From Thermosulfurimonas dismutans (GTDB lineage: Bacteria > Desulfobacterota > Thermodesulfobacteria > Thermodesulfobacteriales > Thermodesulfobacteriaceae): DNA of 32,000 nucleotides. The notes under the pieces were generated by a model. It did no database searches and was not told the DNA's origin. It saw nothing but the letters and a program-made list of their open reading frames with translations. The DNA lies in the NCBI RefSeq assembly GCF_001652585.1, contig NZ_LWLG01000003.1, forward strand, positions 60,001 through 92,000, in the 5' to 3' direction. The translations under genes and the position numbers were made by a program. Positions 16,221 to 25,900 of this stretch are shown in pieces (the stretch's first letter is position 1; the number at the start of each line of letters is the position of its first letter).

Positions 16221-17069
16221 ATGTCTCACCTTACCATGAAACAACTCCTCGAGGCCGGAGTGCATTTCGGTCATCAGACCCGTCGCTGGAACCCCAAGAT
16301 GAAACCTTTTATCTTTGGGGAGAGAAACGGTATCCACATCATTGATCTTCAGCAGACTCTCAAATACTTTGAGACCGCCTATGAGTTCGTGGTGAATACA
16401 GTGGCCGAGGGTGGAAAAATCCTCTTTGTGGGTACCAAAAAGCAGGCCCAAGACACCATTCGAGAGGAGGCCCAGCGATGTGGCATGTATTATGTGGATC
16501 ATCGCTGGTTGGGAGGAACGCTTACCAATTTTAAGACCATCCGGCAGAGCGTGGAAAAGCTCAAACGCATTGAGCAGTGGATGGAGGACGGAACTATTGA
16601 AAGATTTCCAAAAAAAGAGAGGTTGAAACTTGAGCGACTGCGTCAGAAGCTTGAGCGGAACCTAGGGGGTATCAAGGACATGGAAAGCCTACCCCAGGCC
16701 CTCTATGTGGTGGACCCCAAAAAGGAAGAGATCGCAGTCCTTGAGGCTAGGAAGCTAGGTATCCCGGTGGTGGCCATTACCGACACCAATTGCGACCCGG
16801 ATCTCATAGACTACATCATTCCTGGGAACGACGACGCCATTCGAGCCATAAAGCTTCTGACCTCCAAGATCGCAGATGCTGTCCTTGAGGGTCTTGAGAT
16901 CTACCGGGAGAAGATGGCGGCCGAAAGCGACAAGGAGGCCGAGGAGACGGCGGCCGAACTTTCCGAGGAGGAGAAGGCCCAGGCCATCATCGAAGAGGTG
17001 CTTAAGGAAGAAGAGAGAGAGGCCGAGTTTGAGGAAGAGGCCAAGGCTATAGAAAAAGAAGAGGAATAG
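16221..17069 (+). CDS. rpsB: 30S ribosomal protein S2
   Basis: The track ORF 15924-17069 is an upstream extension. The true start is ATG 16221 ([27 protein letters not shown]), preceded by AAAGGAGG (16206-16213). 282 aa including an acidic C-terminal tail. Confidence 0.95.
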   Translation: MSHLTMKQLLEAGVHFGHQTRRWNPKMKPFIFGERNGIHIIDLQQTLKYFETAYEFVVNTVAEGGKILFVGTKKQAQDTIREEAQRCGMYYVDHRWLGGTLTNFKTIRQSVEKLKRIEQWMEDGTIERFPKKERLKLERLRQKLERNLGGIKDMESLPQALYVVDPKKEEIAVLEARKLGIPVVAITDTNCDPDLIDYIIPGNDDAIRAIKLLTSKIADAVLEGLEIYREKMAAESDKEAEETAAELSEEEKAQAIIEEVLKEEEREAEFEEEAKAIEKEEE

Positions 17070-17081
17070 GGAGGTAGAGAA

Positions 17082-18394
<1,313 letters not shown>

Positions 18395-18398
18395 GAGG

Positions 18399-18953
18399 AT
18401 GAAGGAACTTTTCGAGGACGGCCGACGGCGGATGGATAAAACGGTAAAGACCTTTAAGGAGGAAATGGCCCGGGTGCGTACCGGCCGGGCCTCGGTCAGC
18501 CTCCTTGAGGGTATCAAGGTGGATTATTACGGCACCAAGATGCCCATTCCCCAGATGGCCACCGTGACGGTTTCGGAAGGGCGCTATATTGTGATCCAGC
18601 CCTGGGATGTCTCCACCATCAAGAGCATTGAGAAGGCCATTATGGAGTCTGAGCTCGGGCTTACGCCTACTAGTGACGGACAGGTTATTCGGATTAACGT
18701 TCCTCCTCTTACCGAGGAAAGGCGTAAAGAGTTGGTTAAGCTGGTAAGAAAAATGGCCGAGGAAGCTCGAGTGGCCATAAGAAACATTCGACGGGAACTC
18801 ATGGATGATCTCAAAAAAAAGAAGAAAGAAGGCGAGATCTCTGAGGACGAGTTTCACCGTTTTCAAGATGAGGTCCAAAAACTCACGGATGAATTCATAG
18901 GAAAGATCGAGAAGATCTTGGAAGACAAGGAAAAGGAAATCCTTACGGTTTAG
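18399..18953 (+). CDS. frr: Ribosome recycling factor
   Basis: 184 aa. Typical RRF sequence (RTGRASVSLLEGIKVDYYG...). Confidence 0.95.
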   Translation: MKELFEDGRRRMDKTVKTFKEEMARVRTGRASVSLLEGIKVDYYGTKMPIPQMATVTVSEGRYIVIQPWDVSTIKSIEKAIMESELGLTPTSDGQVIRINVPPLTEERRKELVKLVRKMAEEARVAIRNIRRELMDDLKKKKKEGEISEDEFHRFQDEVQKLTDEFIGKIEKILEDKEKEILTV

Positions 18954-18958
18954 GACCG

Positions 18959-19675
18959 GTGTCGGAACTTGATCCCGAAAGGCTTCCCCGTCATGTGGCC
19001 ATTATCATGGATGGCAACGGCCGCTGGGCCAGACGTCGTGGTCTTCCGCGTTTTTACGGCCACCGGGAAGGGGTAAAGGTTGTCAAGCGCATCATCACCA
19101 AGGCCTGCGAGATACCCATTCCGGTCCTGACCCTTTATGCCTTCTCTCGCGAAAACTGGGAGCGTCCCCAGGAAGAGATCATGGTCCTGATGGAACTTTT
19201 GCGGACTTATCTCCGCGAAGAGCTTCCGGAGATGAAGACCAGGGGCATCCGGTTTAAGGTGATAGGGGAGAGGGAGCGGTTCCCTTCGGACATCCAGGAG
19301 ATGATTGCCCGCTGTGAGGAGGAGACCGCCTCCTGTTCGCGTATGACTTTAGTTTTAGCCCTGAGCTACGGTGGCCGGGCGGAGATCGTCCGGGCGGTCA
19401 GACTGCTAGCCGAAGAGGTCAAGGCCGGTAAAGTCTCGCCAGAGGCCATAACGCCGGAAACCTTTGCCCGCTATCTTTACACCGCGGATCTTCCAGATCC
19501 GGATCTCCTCATCCGCACTAGTGGGGAGCAGAGGATCTCCAACTTTCTTCTATACCAATGCGCCTATACCGAATTTTATTTTACGCCGGTACTTTGGCCG
19601 GATTTTACGGAAGAGGAGTTTCTGAAGGCCCTTCGCGACTATCAGCGAAGGGAGCGCCGTTTTGGAAGGGTATGA
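18959..19675 (+). CDS. uppS: Undecaprenyl-diphosphate synthase (cis-isoprenyl transferase)
   Basis: 238 aa. HVAIIMDGNGRWA motif, RTSGEQRISNFLL. Confidence 0.95.
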   Translation: MSELDPERLPRHVAIIMDGNGRWARRRGLPRFYGHREGVKVVKRIITKACEIPIPVLTLYAFSRENWERPQEEIMVLMELLRTYLREELPEMKTRGIRFKVIGERERFPSDIQEMIARCEEETASCSRMTLVLALSYGGRAEIVRAVRLLAEEVKAGKVSPEAITPETFARYLYTADLPDPDLLIRTSGEQRISNFLLYQCAYTEFYFTPVLWPDFTEEEFLKALRDYQRRERRFGRV

Positions 19676-20454
19676 GTGTCCATTTTCTGAGAGTCTTTAC
19701 TGCCCTGGTATTGATTCCGCCTCTGGTGCTCTTTGTCCTCAAAGCCCCTCTATGGGCATTTTTCGTAGTTTCTGCCCTATGTGGAGGCCACGCCTTTAGA
19801 GAGTGGTGGGAAATGACGGCCTTTCCTCGGGGACTTTTTTGGGTGGGCACTTTGGTCTATTTCCTAGCCTTTCTTTTGGGATCAAAAAGCCTGTTCTTAG
19901 CTTTCTGGGTCCTTTTTTTAGGGCCAGCCCTTTATTTTCTTTGGCGATTCGAAAAAGAGGTCTTTCTTTCACAATTTGGTCGGGCTATTTCGGGGCTCTG
20001 TTATCTCTTCCTCGGTTTTTTCTCGCTGGCCTCCATCCCGACCTACCCTCATGGAAGGCTATATCTCCTATATCTCCTTCTCCTTATCTTTTCTGCGGAC
20101 ACCGGGGCCTATTATGGGGGAAGGCTCTTTGGAAGACACTCCTTTTTCCCTACCATAAGTCCTAAAAAGACCTGGGAAGGTTTCTGGAGCGGGACTTTCC
20201 TGGCAACGGTGCTGGGCTTTATCTTTTCTCGAAAGTTGGGACTATTCGGGGCCCGGGAGGCCTTGCTGGTAAGTTTTGTTCTTTCGGTCTTGGCCCCCTT
20301 GGGTGATCTTTTGGAATCTATGGTTAAGAGGGCCTGCGGAGTCAAAGACTCGGGTTGGATCCTTCCGGGACATGGTGGACTCTTAGATCGGGTAGATGCC
20401 TTGATTTTTATCACCCCACTTTTTTACGGATACCTCTCGGGAGGGATTTTTTGA
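19672..20454 (+). CDS. cdsA: Phosphatidate cytidylyltransferase (CDP-diglyceride synthase)
   Basis: The track start at 19558 lies inside uppS. I prefer ATG 19672 (MSVHFLRVF...), which makes an ATGA overlap with the uppS stop and is preceded by GGAAGGG. C-terminal signature SMVKRACGVKDSGWILPGHGGLLDRVD. Confidence 0.9.
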   Translation: MSVHFLRVFTALVLIPPLVLFVLKAPLWAFFVVSALCGGHAFREWWEMTAFPRGLFWVGTLVYFLAFLLGSKSLFLAFWVLFLGPALYFLWRFEKEVFLSQFGRAISGLCYLFLGFFSLASIPTYPHGRLYLLYLLLLIFSADTGAYYGGRLFGRHSFFPTISPKKTWEGFWSGTFLATVLGFIFSRKLGLFGAREALLVSFVLSVLAPLGDLLESMVKRACGVKDSGWILPGHGGLLDRVDALIFITPLFYGYLSGGIF

Positions 20455-21608
20455 AAAAACTGGTTGTTCTGGGTTCAACCGGTTCGGTAGGAAGACAGAC
20501 GCTGGAGGTAGTCTCCGCCTTCCCGGAGAAGTTTAGGGTCCTGGCACTGACCGCGGCCTCGAACTGGAAACTCCTCGTAGAACAGGCCAGAAAATTCCAC
20601 CCCCAGGCGGTGGTTATTCTCAAAAGTGAATATTACCCGCTTGTGCGTGAGGCTCTTCCTAAGGAGGTTGAGGTCTTTTCCGGAGAGGAGGCCCTTTGCG
20701 AGGTGGCCTCCTGGCCCGAGGCTGAACTCGTGGTCTCGGCCATCGTGGGGATGGCCGGTCTAAGACCCACCCTTTCGGCTCTCAGTGTCGGAAAGACAGT
20801 GGCCCTGGCCAACAAGGAGGCCCTGGTGGTGGGCGGAGACCTTATTCGGAGAGTCAGACTCAAGACCGGAGCCAGAATCCTTCCGGTGGACAGTGAACAC
20901 TCGGCCCTCTTTCAGGTGCTCAAGGGACACCGTCGGCGGGAGGTCTCGCGCTTGATTCTCACGGCTTCCGGGGGGCCATTCCTCAGGACCCCTAAAGAAC
21001 GGTTTTCGGAGATCACGCCCGAAGAGGCCCTGAAACATCCTCGCTGGCACATGGGCGCCAAGATCACGGTGGACTCGGCCACTTTGATGAACAAGGGCCT
21101 GGAGGTCATTGAGGCCCATCAGCTTTTTGGGGTTCCTTACCGGAGAATCGAGGTCGTGATCCATCCGGAAAGCATCGTTCACTCTCTAGTAGAGTTTAGG
21201 GATGGTTCAACTTTGGCTCAAATGAGCCTCCCGGATATGCGACTTCCCATCGCCTACGCCCTTTCCTATCCCGAAAGGTTGCCTCTTCCGTATCCTCGTT
21301 TGAACCTCTCCGAGGTCGGGCGACTGACTTTCGAGGCCCCAGATTTCGAAAAATTTCCCTGTTTGCGGATGGCCTATGAGGCCGGCGAGAAAGGCGGTTT
21401 TTTCCCAGTGGTCCTCAATGCCGCCAACGAGGAGACGGTGGCGGCCTTCCTTTCAGGAAGTATACGGTTTGACCACATTCCGCAGGTTATTGAGGAGACC
21501 CTCAACCGGTTTTCCTTTTCGGGAAAACCCGGTAGTTTAGAAGAAATCTTGAGGGCGGATGACCAGGCTAGAAGGAAGGCTCGACAGATAATAAAGGAGA
21601 TGAAATGA
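20451..21608 (+). CDS. dxr: 1-deoxy-D-xylulose-5-phosphate reductoisomerase
   Basis: The track start at 20355 lies inside cdsA. I prefer TTG 20451 (LKKLVVLGSTGSVG...), which makes a TTGA overlap with the cdsA stop, with GGGAGGG 5 nt upstream. GSTGSVG NADPH-binding motif. Confidence 0.9.
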   Translation: MKKLVVLGSTGSVGRQTLEVVSAFPEKFRVLALTAASNWKLLVEQARKFHPQAVVILKSEYYPLVREALPKEVEVFSGEEALCEVASWPEAELVVSAIVGMAGLRPTLSALSVGKTVALANKEALVVGGDLIRRVRLKTGARILPVDSEHSALFQVLKGHRRREVSRLILTASGGPFLRTPKERFSEITPEEALKHPRWHMGAKITVDSATLMNKGLEVIEAHQLFGVPYRRIEVVIHPESIVHSLVEFRDGSTLAQMSLPDMRLPIAYALSYPERLPLPYPRLNLSEVGRLTFEAPDFEKFPCLRMAYEAGEKGGFFPVVLNAANEETVAAFLSGSIRFDHIPQVIEETLNRFSFSGKPGSLEEILRADDQARRKARQIIKEMK

Positions 21609-22690
21609 TCACCATCGTTGCGGCTCTATTTGTCCTTTCTCTTCTCATTCTAGTGCATGAATGGGGCCATTTTCTGGCGGCTAGGCTCTTTGGGGTAAGA
21701 GTGGAACGATTTTCCATCGGGTTTGGCCCCAGGCTCTGGGGGCTCAAGAAAGGGGATACGGACTTCTGTATTTCGGCGATTCCTTTAGGAGGATATGTCA
21801 AACTCCTGGGAGAAGGTGAAGAGGTTCTCTCACCTTCGGAGAAGCCTTATGCCTTTTCAGAGAAACCTCTTTGGCAACGGGCGGCCATTGTTTTCGCTGG
21901 ACCTCTTTTTAACTTCTTTTTGGCCTGGCTGATTTTTTCTTTATTTTTTGTATTGAAGGGCAAACCCTACGTGCTTCCAGAAGTGGGAAAGGTTATGGCG
22001 GGAAGTCCGGCCGAGAAAGCCGGGCTTAAGGCCGGGGATCTGATCCTTGAGATCAACGGCGTGGCCGTAAAGACCTGGGAAGAGCTCACCCAAGAGGTTC
22101 GCCGGAGCGGTGGAAGAGATTTAAGCCTCACGATCAAACGAGGTGAAGAGACGTTGGTGGTTACGGTGGTCCCCGAGGTTAGAGAAGTCAAAAATCTTTT
22201 TGGAGAGACCGAAAGGGTGCCTGTGCTTGGCATAGTGGCTTCGGGTAGCTTTCGAACCGAAAGTCTTCCTATTTGGACGGCCTTCTGGGAGGGGCTGGCC
22301 AAGATGTTTTCGGTCACGAAGCTTACCTTCATGGCTCTAGTGAAGTTGATAGAGAGGGCGTTGCCCCTTTCCAGCCTTGGAGGGCCTCTGCTTATTGCTC
22401 AGATGGCCGGTGAGCAGGCCAAGCAGGGGTTTATGGCCCTGCTTCTTTTCTCGGGTGTCCTTTCCGTAAATCTAGGAATTATCAACCTTTTACCCATTCC
22501 GATGCTTGACGGAGGACATCTTTTCTTCTATACCCTTGAAGCCGTAAGAGGGCGTCCACTTTCACCTCAAACTCAGGAGAGGCTCCAGAAGATCGGCTTA
22601 GCGCTTCTTATAGCCCTTATGGTGCTGGTTTTTTATAACGATCTCGCGCGATTATTCCCTCGATGGATACCACAATTCAGGCCCCATTGA
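21605..22690 (+). CDS. rseP: RIP site-2 zinc metalloprotease RseP
   Basis: 361 aa. HEWGHF (HExxH), a PDZ-like middle region, NLLPIPMLDGGH motif. Confidence 0.9.
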   Translation: MITIVAALFVLSLLILVHEWGHFLAARLFGVRVERFSIGFGPRLWGLKKGDTDFCISAIPLGGYVKLLGEGEEVLSPSEKPYAFSEKPLWQRAAIVFAGPLFNFFLAWLIFSLFFVLKGKPYVLPEVGKVMAGSPAEKAGLKAGDLILEINGVAVKTWEELTQEVRRSGGRDLSLTIKRGEETLVVTVVPEVREVKNLFGETERVPVLGIVASGSFRTESLPIWTAFWEGLAKMFSVTKLTFMALVKLIERALPLSSLGGPLLIAQMAGEQAKQGFMALLLFSGVLSVNLGIINLLPIPMLDGGHLFFYTLEAVRGRPLSPQTQERLQKIGLALLIALMVLVFYNDLARLFPRWIPQFRPH

Positions 22691-23373
22691 TCCTGTCTTT
22701 TGAAACTTCGGGCGAGACCGGTGGGGTAGCCCTCTACCGGGAGCGCCTTTTAGGGGAGATCGTCCTTTCTGGAGCCGAGACCTATTCTCGTAGACTCCTT
22801 CCGGCTGTAGATTTCCTTCTGGAACATCTGGGCCTGTCTCTTTCGGAGGTTTCGGTCCTCGCGGTCTCTATAGGTCCGGGGAGTTTTACCGGCTTGAGAA
22901 TTGGCTTGGCCACAGTGAAGGGTCTGGCTCTGGCCCTTAAGAAACCGGTAGTGGCCGTGGAGAGTCTCGCGGCCTTGGCGGCGCTCTTCCGTGAAAGTTC
23001 GTGCCCCCTCTGTCCAGTGTTTGACGCCAGAAGGGGAGAAGTTTATGCCGCCCTTTATCGTTTCAAGGATCAGGATCTCGAAACTCTCATGCCTCCGTCT
23101 GTCCTTTCGCCCGACGTTCTCTGCGAAAGGATCGAATCCCCTACTATTTTTTTAGGCGAGGGCTTGAGGGTTTATGGGAGCTTTTTCCAAGAAAAACTTG
23201 GTCCTAAGTTCATTCCGGCCCCGGGACATCTCCGAGAGGCCAGGGCCTCATCGGTAGCCTATCTTGCTGAAAGAAAGGTTAAAGCCGGGGAATTTGCAGA
23301 TCCGGAAACGTTGGTGCCCCTATATTTGAGGCCTTCAGAGGCCGAAAGAAAGAAGGGCTTGAAGAATGTTTAG
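22663..23373 (+). CDS. tsaB: tRNA t6A37 biosynthesis protein TsaB
   Basis: 236 aa. [16 protein letters not shown] start and [11 protein letters not shown] motif. Confidence 0.85.
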   Translation: MDTTIQAPLILSFETSGETGGVALYRERLLGEIVLSGAETYSRRLLPAVDFLLEHLGLSLSEVSVLAVSIGPGSFTGLRIGLATVKGLALALKKPVVAVESLAALAALFRESSCPLCPVFDARRGEVYAALYRFKDQDLETLMPPSVLSPDVLCERIESPTIFLGEGLRVYGSFFQEKLGPKFIPAPGHLREARASSVAYLAERKVKAGEFADPETLVPLYLRPSEAERKKGLKNV

Positions 23374-24352
23374 CTTCCTTGCTAAGCGCCTCGTATCGTT
23401 GGTGATCACCTTTTTCGGCATAACGCTCATAAGTTTTGCCGTCATTCACCTGGCCCCGGGAGGTCCGTTGAGTCCTATGGCGGAATTCAATCCCAAGTTC
23501 ACTCCGGAAATGCGGGAGAGACTGAGGGCGGAATTCGGTTTGGATCAGCCCCTTTACGTGCAGTACTTACGTTGGCTTAAGGGACTATTCACTCTCGATT
23601 TCGGGCGCTCCTTTGCCCCTGATAGGCGACCGGTCTGGGAGAAGATCCGAGAACGTCTCCCGGTAACCATCCTCATCAATGCCCTTTCCATGCTATTGAT
23701 ACTGCTCATAGGTATTCCGCTTGGCGTAGCTTCGGCCGTAAAGGAAGGCCGTCTTTTCGATCGAGCAACTACGATATTAGTCTTTATTGGTTATGCTATG
23801 CCGGGTTTCTGGCTGGCCCTCCTTCTCATGCTCCTTTTTGGGATAAAACTAGGATGGCTTCCCATTTCCGGGCTCCACAGCCTTATGGGTTATGAGTCCA
23901 TGGGTACCTGGGAGAAGATTCTCGATTGGGCCAAACACCTGATTCTTCCGGTTTTTGTGGCTACTTTCGGGGGGCTGGCTGGCATATCGCGCTACATGCG
24001 CTATAGCATGCTTGAGGCCCTTTCGCAGGACTACATTCTTACCGCTCGGGCTAAAGGTCTTTCGGAACGGGAGGTGGTGTACAAACACGCCTTGCGGAAT
24101 GCCCTTCTTCCCATCATTACTATCTTGGGGCTTTCGGTTCCTGGTCTTGTGGGTGGAAGTGTCATTTTTGAGTCCATTTTCAGCATCCCAGGGGTAGGAC
24201 AACTCATGTGGCAGGCGGTTATGGCTCGAGACTATCCGGTAATCATGGGTAACTTGGTGTTAGTTTCGGTGCTCACCCTTTTGGGCAACCTACTGGCTGA
24301 TATCAGTTATGCCTTGGCGGATCCCCGTATTAGACTCGAAGGCCGATCCTGA
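23366..24352 (+). CDS. ABC transporter permease, peptide/nickel (OppB/DppB) type
   Basis: 328 aa. N-terminus [30 protein letters not shown] typical of DppB/Opp[14 protein letters not shown]-loop region. Confidence 0.85.
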   Translation: MFSFLAKRLVSLVITFFGITLISFAVIHLAPGGPLSPMAEFNPKFTPEMRERLRAEFGLDQPLYVQYLRWLKGLFTLDFGRSFAPDRRPVWEKIRERLPVTILINALSMLLILLIGIPLGVASAVKEGRLFDRATTILVFIGYAMPGFWLALLLMLLFGIKLGWLPISGLHSLMGYESMGTWEKILDWAKHLILPVFVATFGGLAGISRYMRYSMLEALSQDYILTARAKGLSEREVVYKHALRNALLPIITILGLSVPGLVGGSVIFESIFSIPGVGQLMWQAVMARDYPVIMGNLVLVSVLTLLGNLLADISYALADPRIRLEGRS

Positions 24353-25182
24353 TGGAGACTTTCAGATTACTTTGGAGTCACCCTTGGGGAAGGCGCTCCC
24401 TTCTGGCCGCCGCGGTCATCATCTTGATAGCGCTGTTTGCGCCTTATATTGCCCCTTACGATCCTCTGGCTATCGACGTTCAACACGTCCTTGAACCGCC
24501 TACCCTTAAACACCCTTTGGGAACGGATCTCCTCGGACGCGACCTCCTCTCTCGGATGATCTATGGTACCCGCGTTTCCCTTGAAGTCGGACTGGTGGCG
24601 GTGGGTATTTCACTAGTCGTGGGAACGATCCTTGGAGCCCTCGCCGGCTACTATGGCGGACTGGTGGACACCGTGATCTCCCGCCTCATCGATATCATGC
24701 TCTGTTTCCCTTCCATTTTTCTGATTCTGGCGGTAATTGCCTATCTAGAACCCTCCATCCTCAATATCATGATTGTGATCGGACTTACGAGCTGGATGGG
24801 GGTAGCTCGATTGGTGCGGGCGGAGTTCCTGAGTCTTAGGGAGCGAGAGTTTGTGTTTTCAGCAAGACTGGCTGGGGCTTCGGATCTACGGATTATCTTT
24901 TACCATCTTCTACCTAACGCCCTGCCTCCCATTTTGGTCGCTGCTACTTTGGGGATCGGAAATGCTATTCTTATAGAGTCTGCTCTTTCCTTTCTCGGCC
25001 TCGGAGTGCAACCGCCCATACCATCTTGGGGAAACATGCTCACTGAAGGCAAGAGTTGCCTTGAGGTGGCCTGGTGGCTTTCGGTTTTTCCGGGGCTGGC
25101 GATCCTTTTTACCGTTCTCACTTTCAATCTCTTGGGAGAGACCCTTCAGGAAATCACTAATCCCAGAAAGAGACGTTTTTAG
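24352..25182 (+). CDS. ABC transporter permease, peptide/nickel (OppC/DppC) type
   Basis: 276 aa. HPLGTDLLGRDLLSRMIYG motif typical of DppC/OppC. TGATG coupling to the preceding permease. Confidence 0.85.
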   Translation: METFRLLWSHPWGRRSLLAAAVIILIALFAPYIAPYDPLAIDVQHVLEPPTLKHPLGTDLLGRDLLSRMIYGTRVSLEVGLVAVGISLVVGTILGALAGYYGGLVDTVISRLIDIMLCFPSIFLILAVIAYLEPSILNIMIVIGLTSWMGVARLVRAEFLSLREREFVFSARLAGASDLRIIFYHLLPNALPPILVAATLGIGNAILIESALSFLGLGVQPPIPSWGNMLTEGKSCLEVAWWLSVFPGLAILFTVLTFNLLGETLQEITNPRKRRF

Positions 25183-25183
25183 A

Positions 25184-25215
25184 CCCTTGACTCTTGTTTT
25201 CTTAATACCTATTTT
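25184..25215 (+). promoter_or_regulatory. Candidate hsp20 promoter (sigma-70-like and sigma-32-like readings)
   Basis: Sigma-70-like reading: TTGACT (25187-25192), 17 nt, TATTTT (25210-25215). Sigma-32-like reading: CCCTTGAC (25184-25191), 15 nt, ACCTATTT (25207-25214), resembling CCCTTGAA-N13-17-CCCCATNT. AAGGAGGTGA RBS at 25237-25246. Confidence 0.4.
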
Positions 25216-25231
25216 CTTTTTAGAGAAAATA
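25210..25231. promoter_or_regulatory. Perfect 8-bp inverted repeat TATTTTCT-N6-AGAAAATA over the hsp20 -10/start region
   Basis: 25210-25217 is the exact reverse complement of 25224-25231. Confidence 0.35.
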
Positions 25232-25249
25232 ATATAAGGAGGTGATAAA

Positions 25250-25693
25250 ATGGCTGAGCTGGCCATTTGGCGTCCTCTTCAGGAATTAAGGCGAGAAATT
25301 GACCGTATTTGGGATGAATTTTTTGGAAGGACCCAGTTCCCCGAAAGGTGGGAGAGATTCGAATGGGCACCGGCGGTAGATGTCTCAGAGACTGAGGAGG
25401 CCGTAGTAGTGAGGGCGGACGTGCCGGGCCTTGAGCCGGAAGATCTGGAGATCAGTCTTTCTGGAAACTTCTTGACCATCAAAGGGGAAAAGAAGCAGGA
25501 ACGAGAAGAGAAAAAGGAAAACTTTTACCGTATGGAGCGGCTCTATGGAAGCTTTGTGCGTTCCATCGAACTTCCGGCTGAAGTGGAAGCTGATAAGGTA
25601 GAAGCTACTTATAAAAATGGAGTTCTTAAAATAGTCCTCCCCAAAAAGGCGGAGGCCAAAGGCAAGACCATTAAAGTAAAGGTTGAAAAGTAG
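25250..25693 (+). CDS. hsp20: Small heat-shock protein, Hsp20/alpha-crystallin family
   Basis: 147 aa. Alpha-crystallin domain (PAVDVSETEEAVVVRADVPGLEPEDLEISL...ATYKNGVLKIVLPK). Confidence 0.95.
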   Translation: MAELAIWRPLQELRREIDRIWDEFFGRTQFPERWERFEWAPAVDVSETEEAVVVRADVPGLEPEDLEISLSGNFLTIKGEKKQEREEKKENFYRMERLYGSFVRSIELPAEVEADKVEATYKNGVLKIVLPKKAEAKGKTIKVKVEK

Positions 25694-25728
25694 TACCTAT
25701 AATTTACAGCTTTTTACCATAGAGCTGA

Positions 25729-25749
25729 TGGCGTGTGCCCGGCACGCCA
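25729..25749. terminator. GC-rich hairpin between convergent genes; possible bidirectional terminator, but no U-tract
   Basis: TGGCGTG (25729-25735) pairs with CACGCCA (25743-25749) around a 7-nt loop. Neither side has a T-run, so this is weak as an intrinsic terminator. Confidence 0.25.
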
Positions 25750-25759
25750 GGACATTAAA

Positions 25760-25900
25760 TCACCCTTTCCTTCCGAGGAAGGCGTCTTCCTTGGAAGGAA
25801 TGGGTTCTCCACAAATGCTGCATCTAGGTTGCTGGCCGTATTTCTTTTGAGCCTTCCACATTTCTTCGGCCAATTTTTTGGCTCCCATAGGTTTTGCCAT
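25760..25900 (-). CDS. Unannotated 46-codon ORF, basic N-terminus with a single CxxC; function unknown
   Basis: Manual translation: MAKPMGAKKLAEEMWKAQKKYGQQPRCSICGEPIPSKEDAFLGRKG*. Its ATG shares one nt with the stop of the yibQ-like gene (TAATG, 25898-25902). It is below the 60-aa cut-off of the track. Confidence 0.35.
   Translation of the reverse strand: MAKPMGAKKLAEEMWKAQKKYGQQPRCSICGEPIPSKEDAFLGRKG

Noticed and set aside
16330-16338. DnaA-box-like GTATCCACA
   Set aside because: It is a single 8/9 match inside the rpsB coding sequence with no cluster of boxes or AT-rich unwinding element nearby.
19558-19671. Longer cdsA start at 19558 from the track. The same issue applies to dxr at 20355-20450.
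   Set aside because: Both extensions lie inside the preceding gene in another frame. Internal starts (ATG 19672, TTG 20451) give canonical N-termini, have RBS-like purine tracts, and show the 4-nt stop/start overlaps typical of this array.
25698-25703. Perfect TATAAT on the plus strand just after the hsp20 stop
   Set aside because: There is no acceptable -35 at 16-18 nt (TTGAAA is only 9 nt away). There is also nothing downstream on that strand to transcribe except antisense of the small ORF and yibQ-like gene. It is probably a chance occurrence in AT-rich spacer DNA.
25694-25900. Possible small structured ncRNA (e.g. SRP/4.5S-like) in the hsp20/yibQ gap, because of several GC hairpins and a GTGTGCC..GG stretch
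   Set aside because: I could not find the conserved SRP domain-IV arrangement (GNRA tetraloop flanked by the symmetric and asymmetric loops) or any long closing helix. The hairpins are short, and the region is better explained by a coupled small ORF plus a terminator-like stem.
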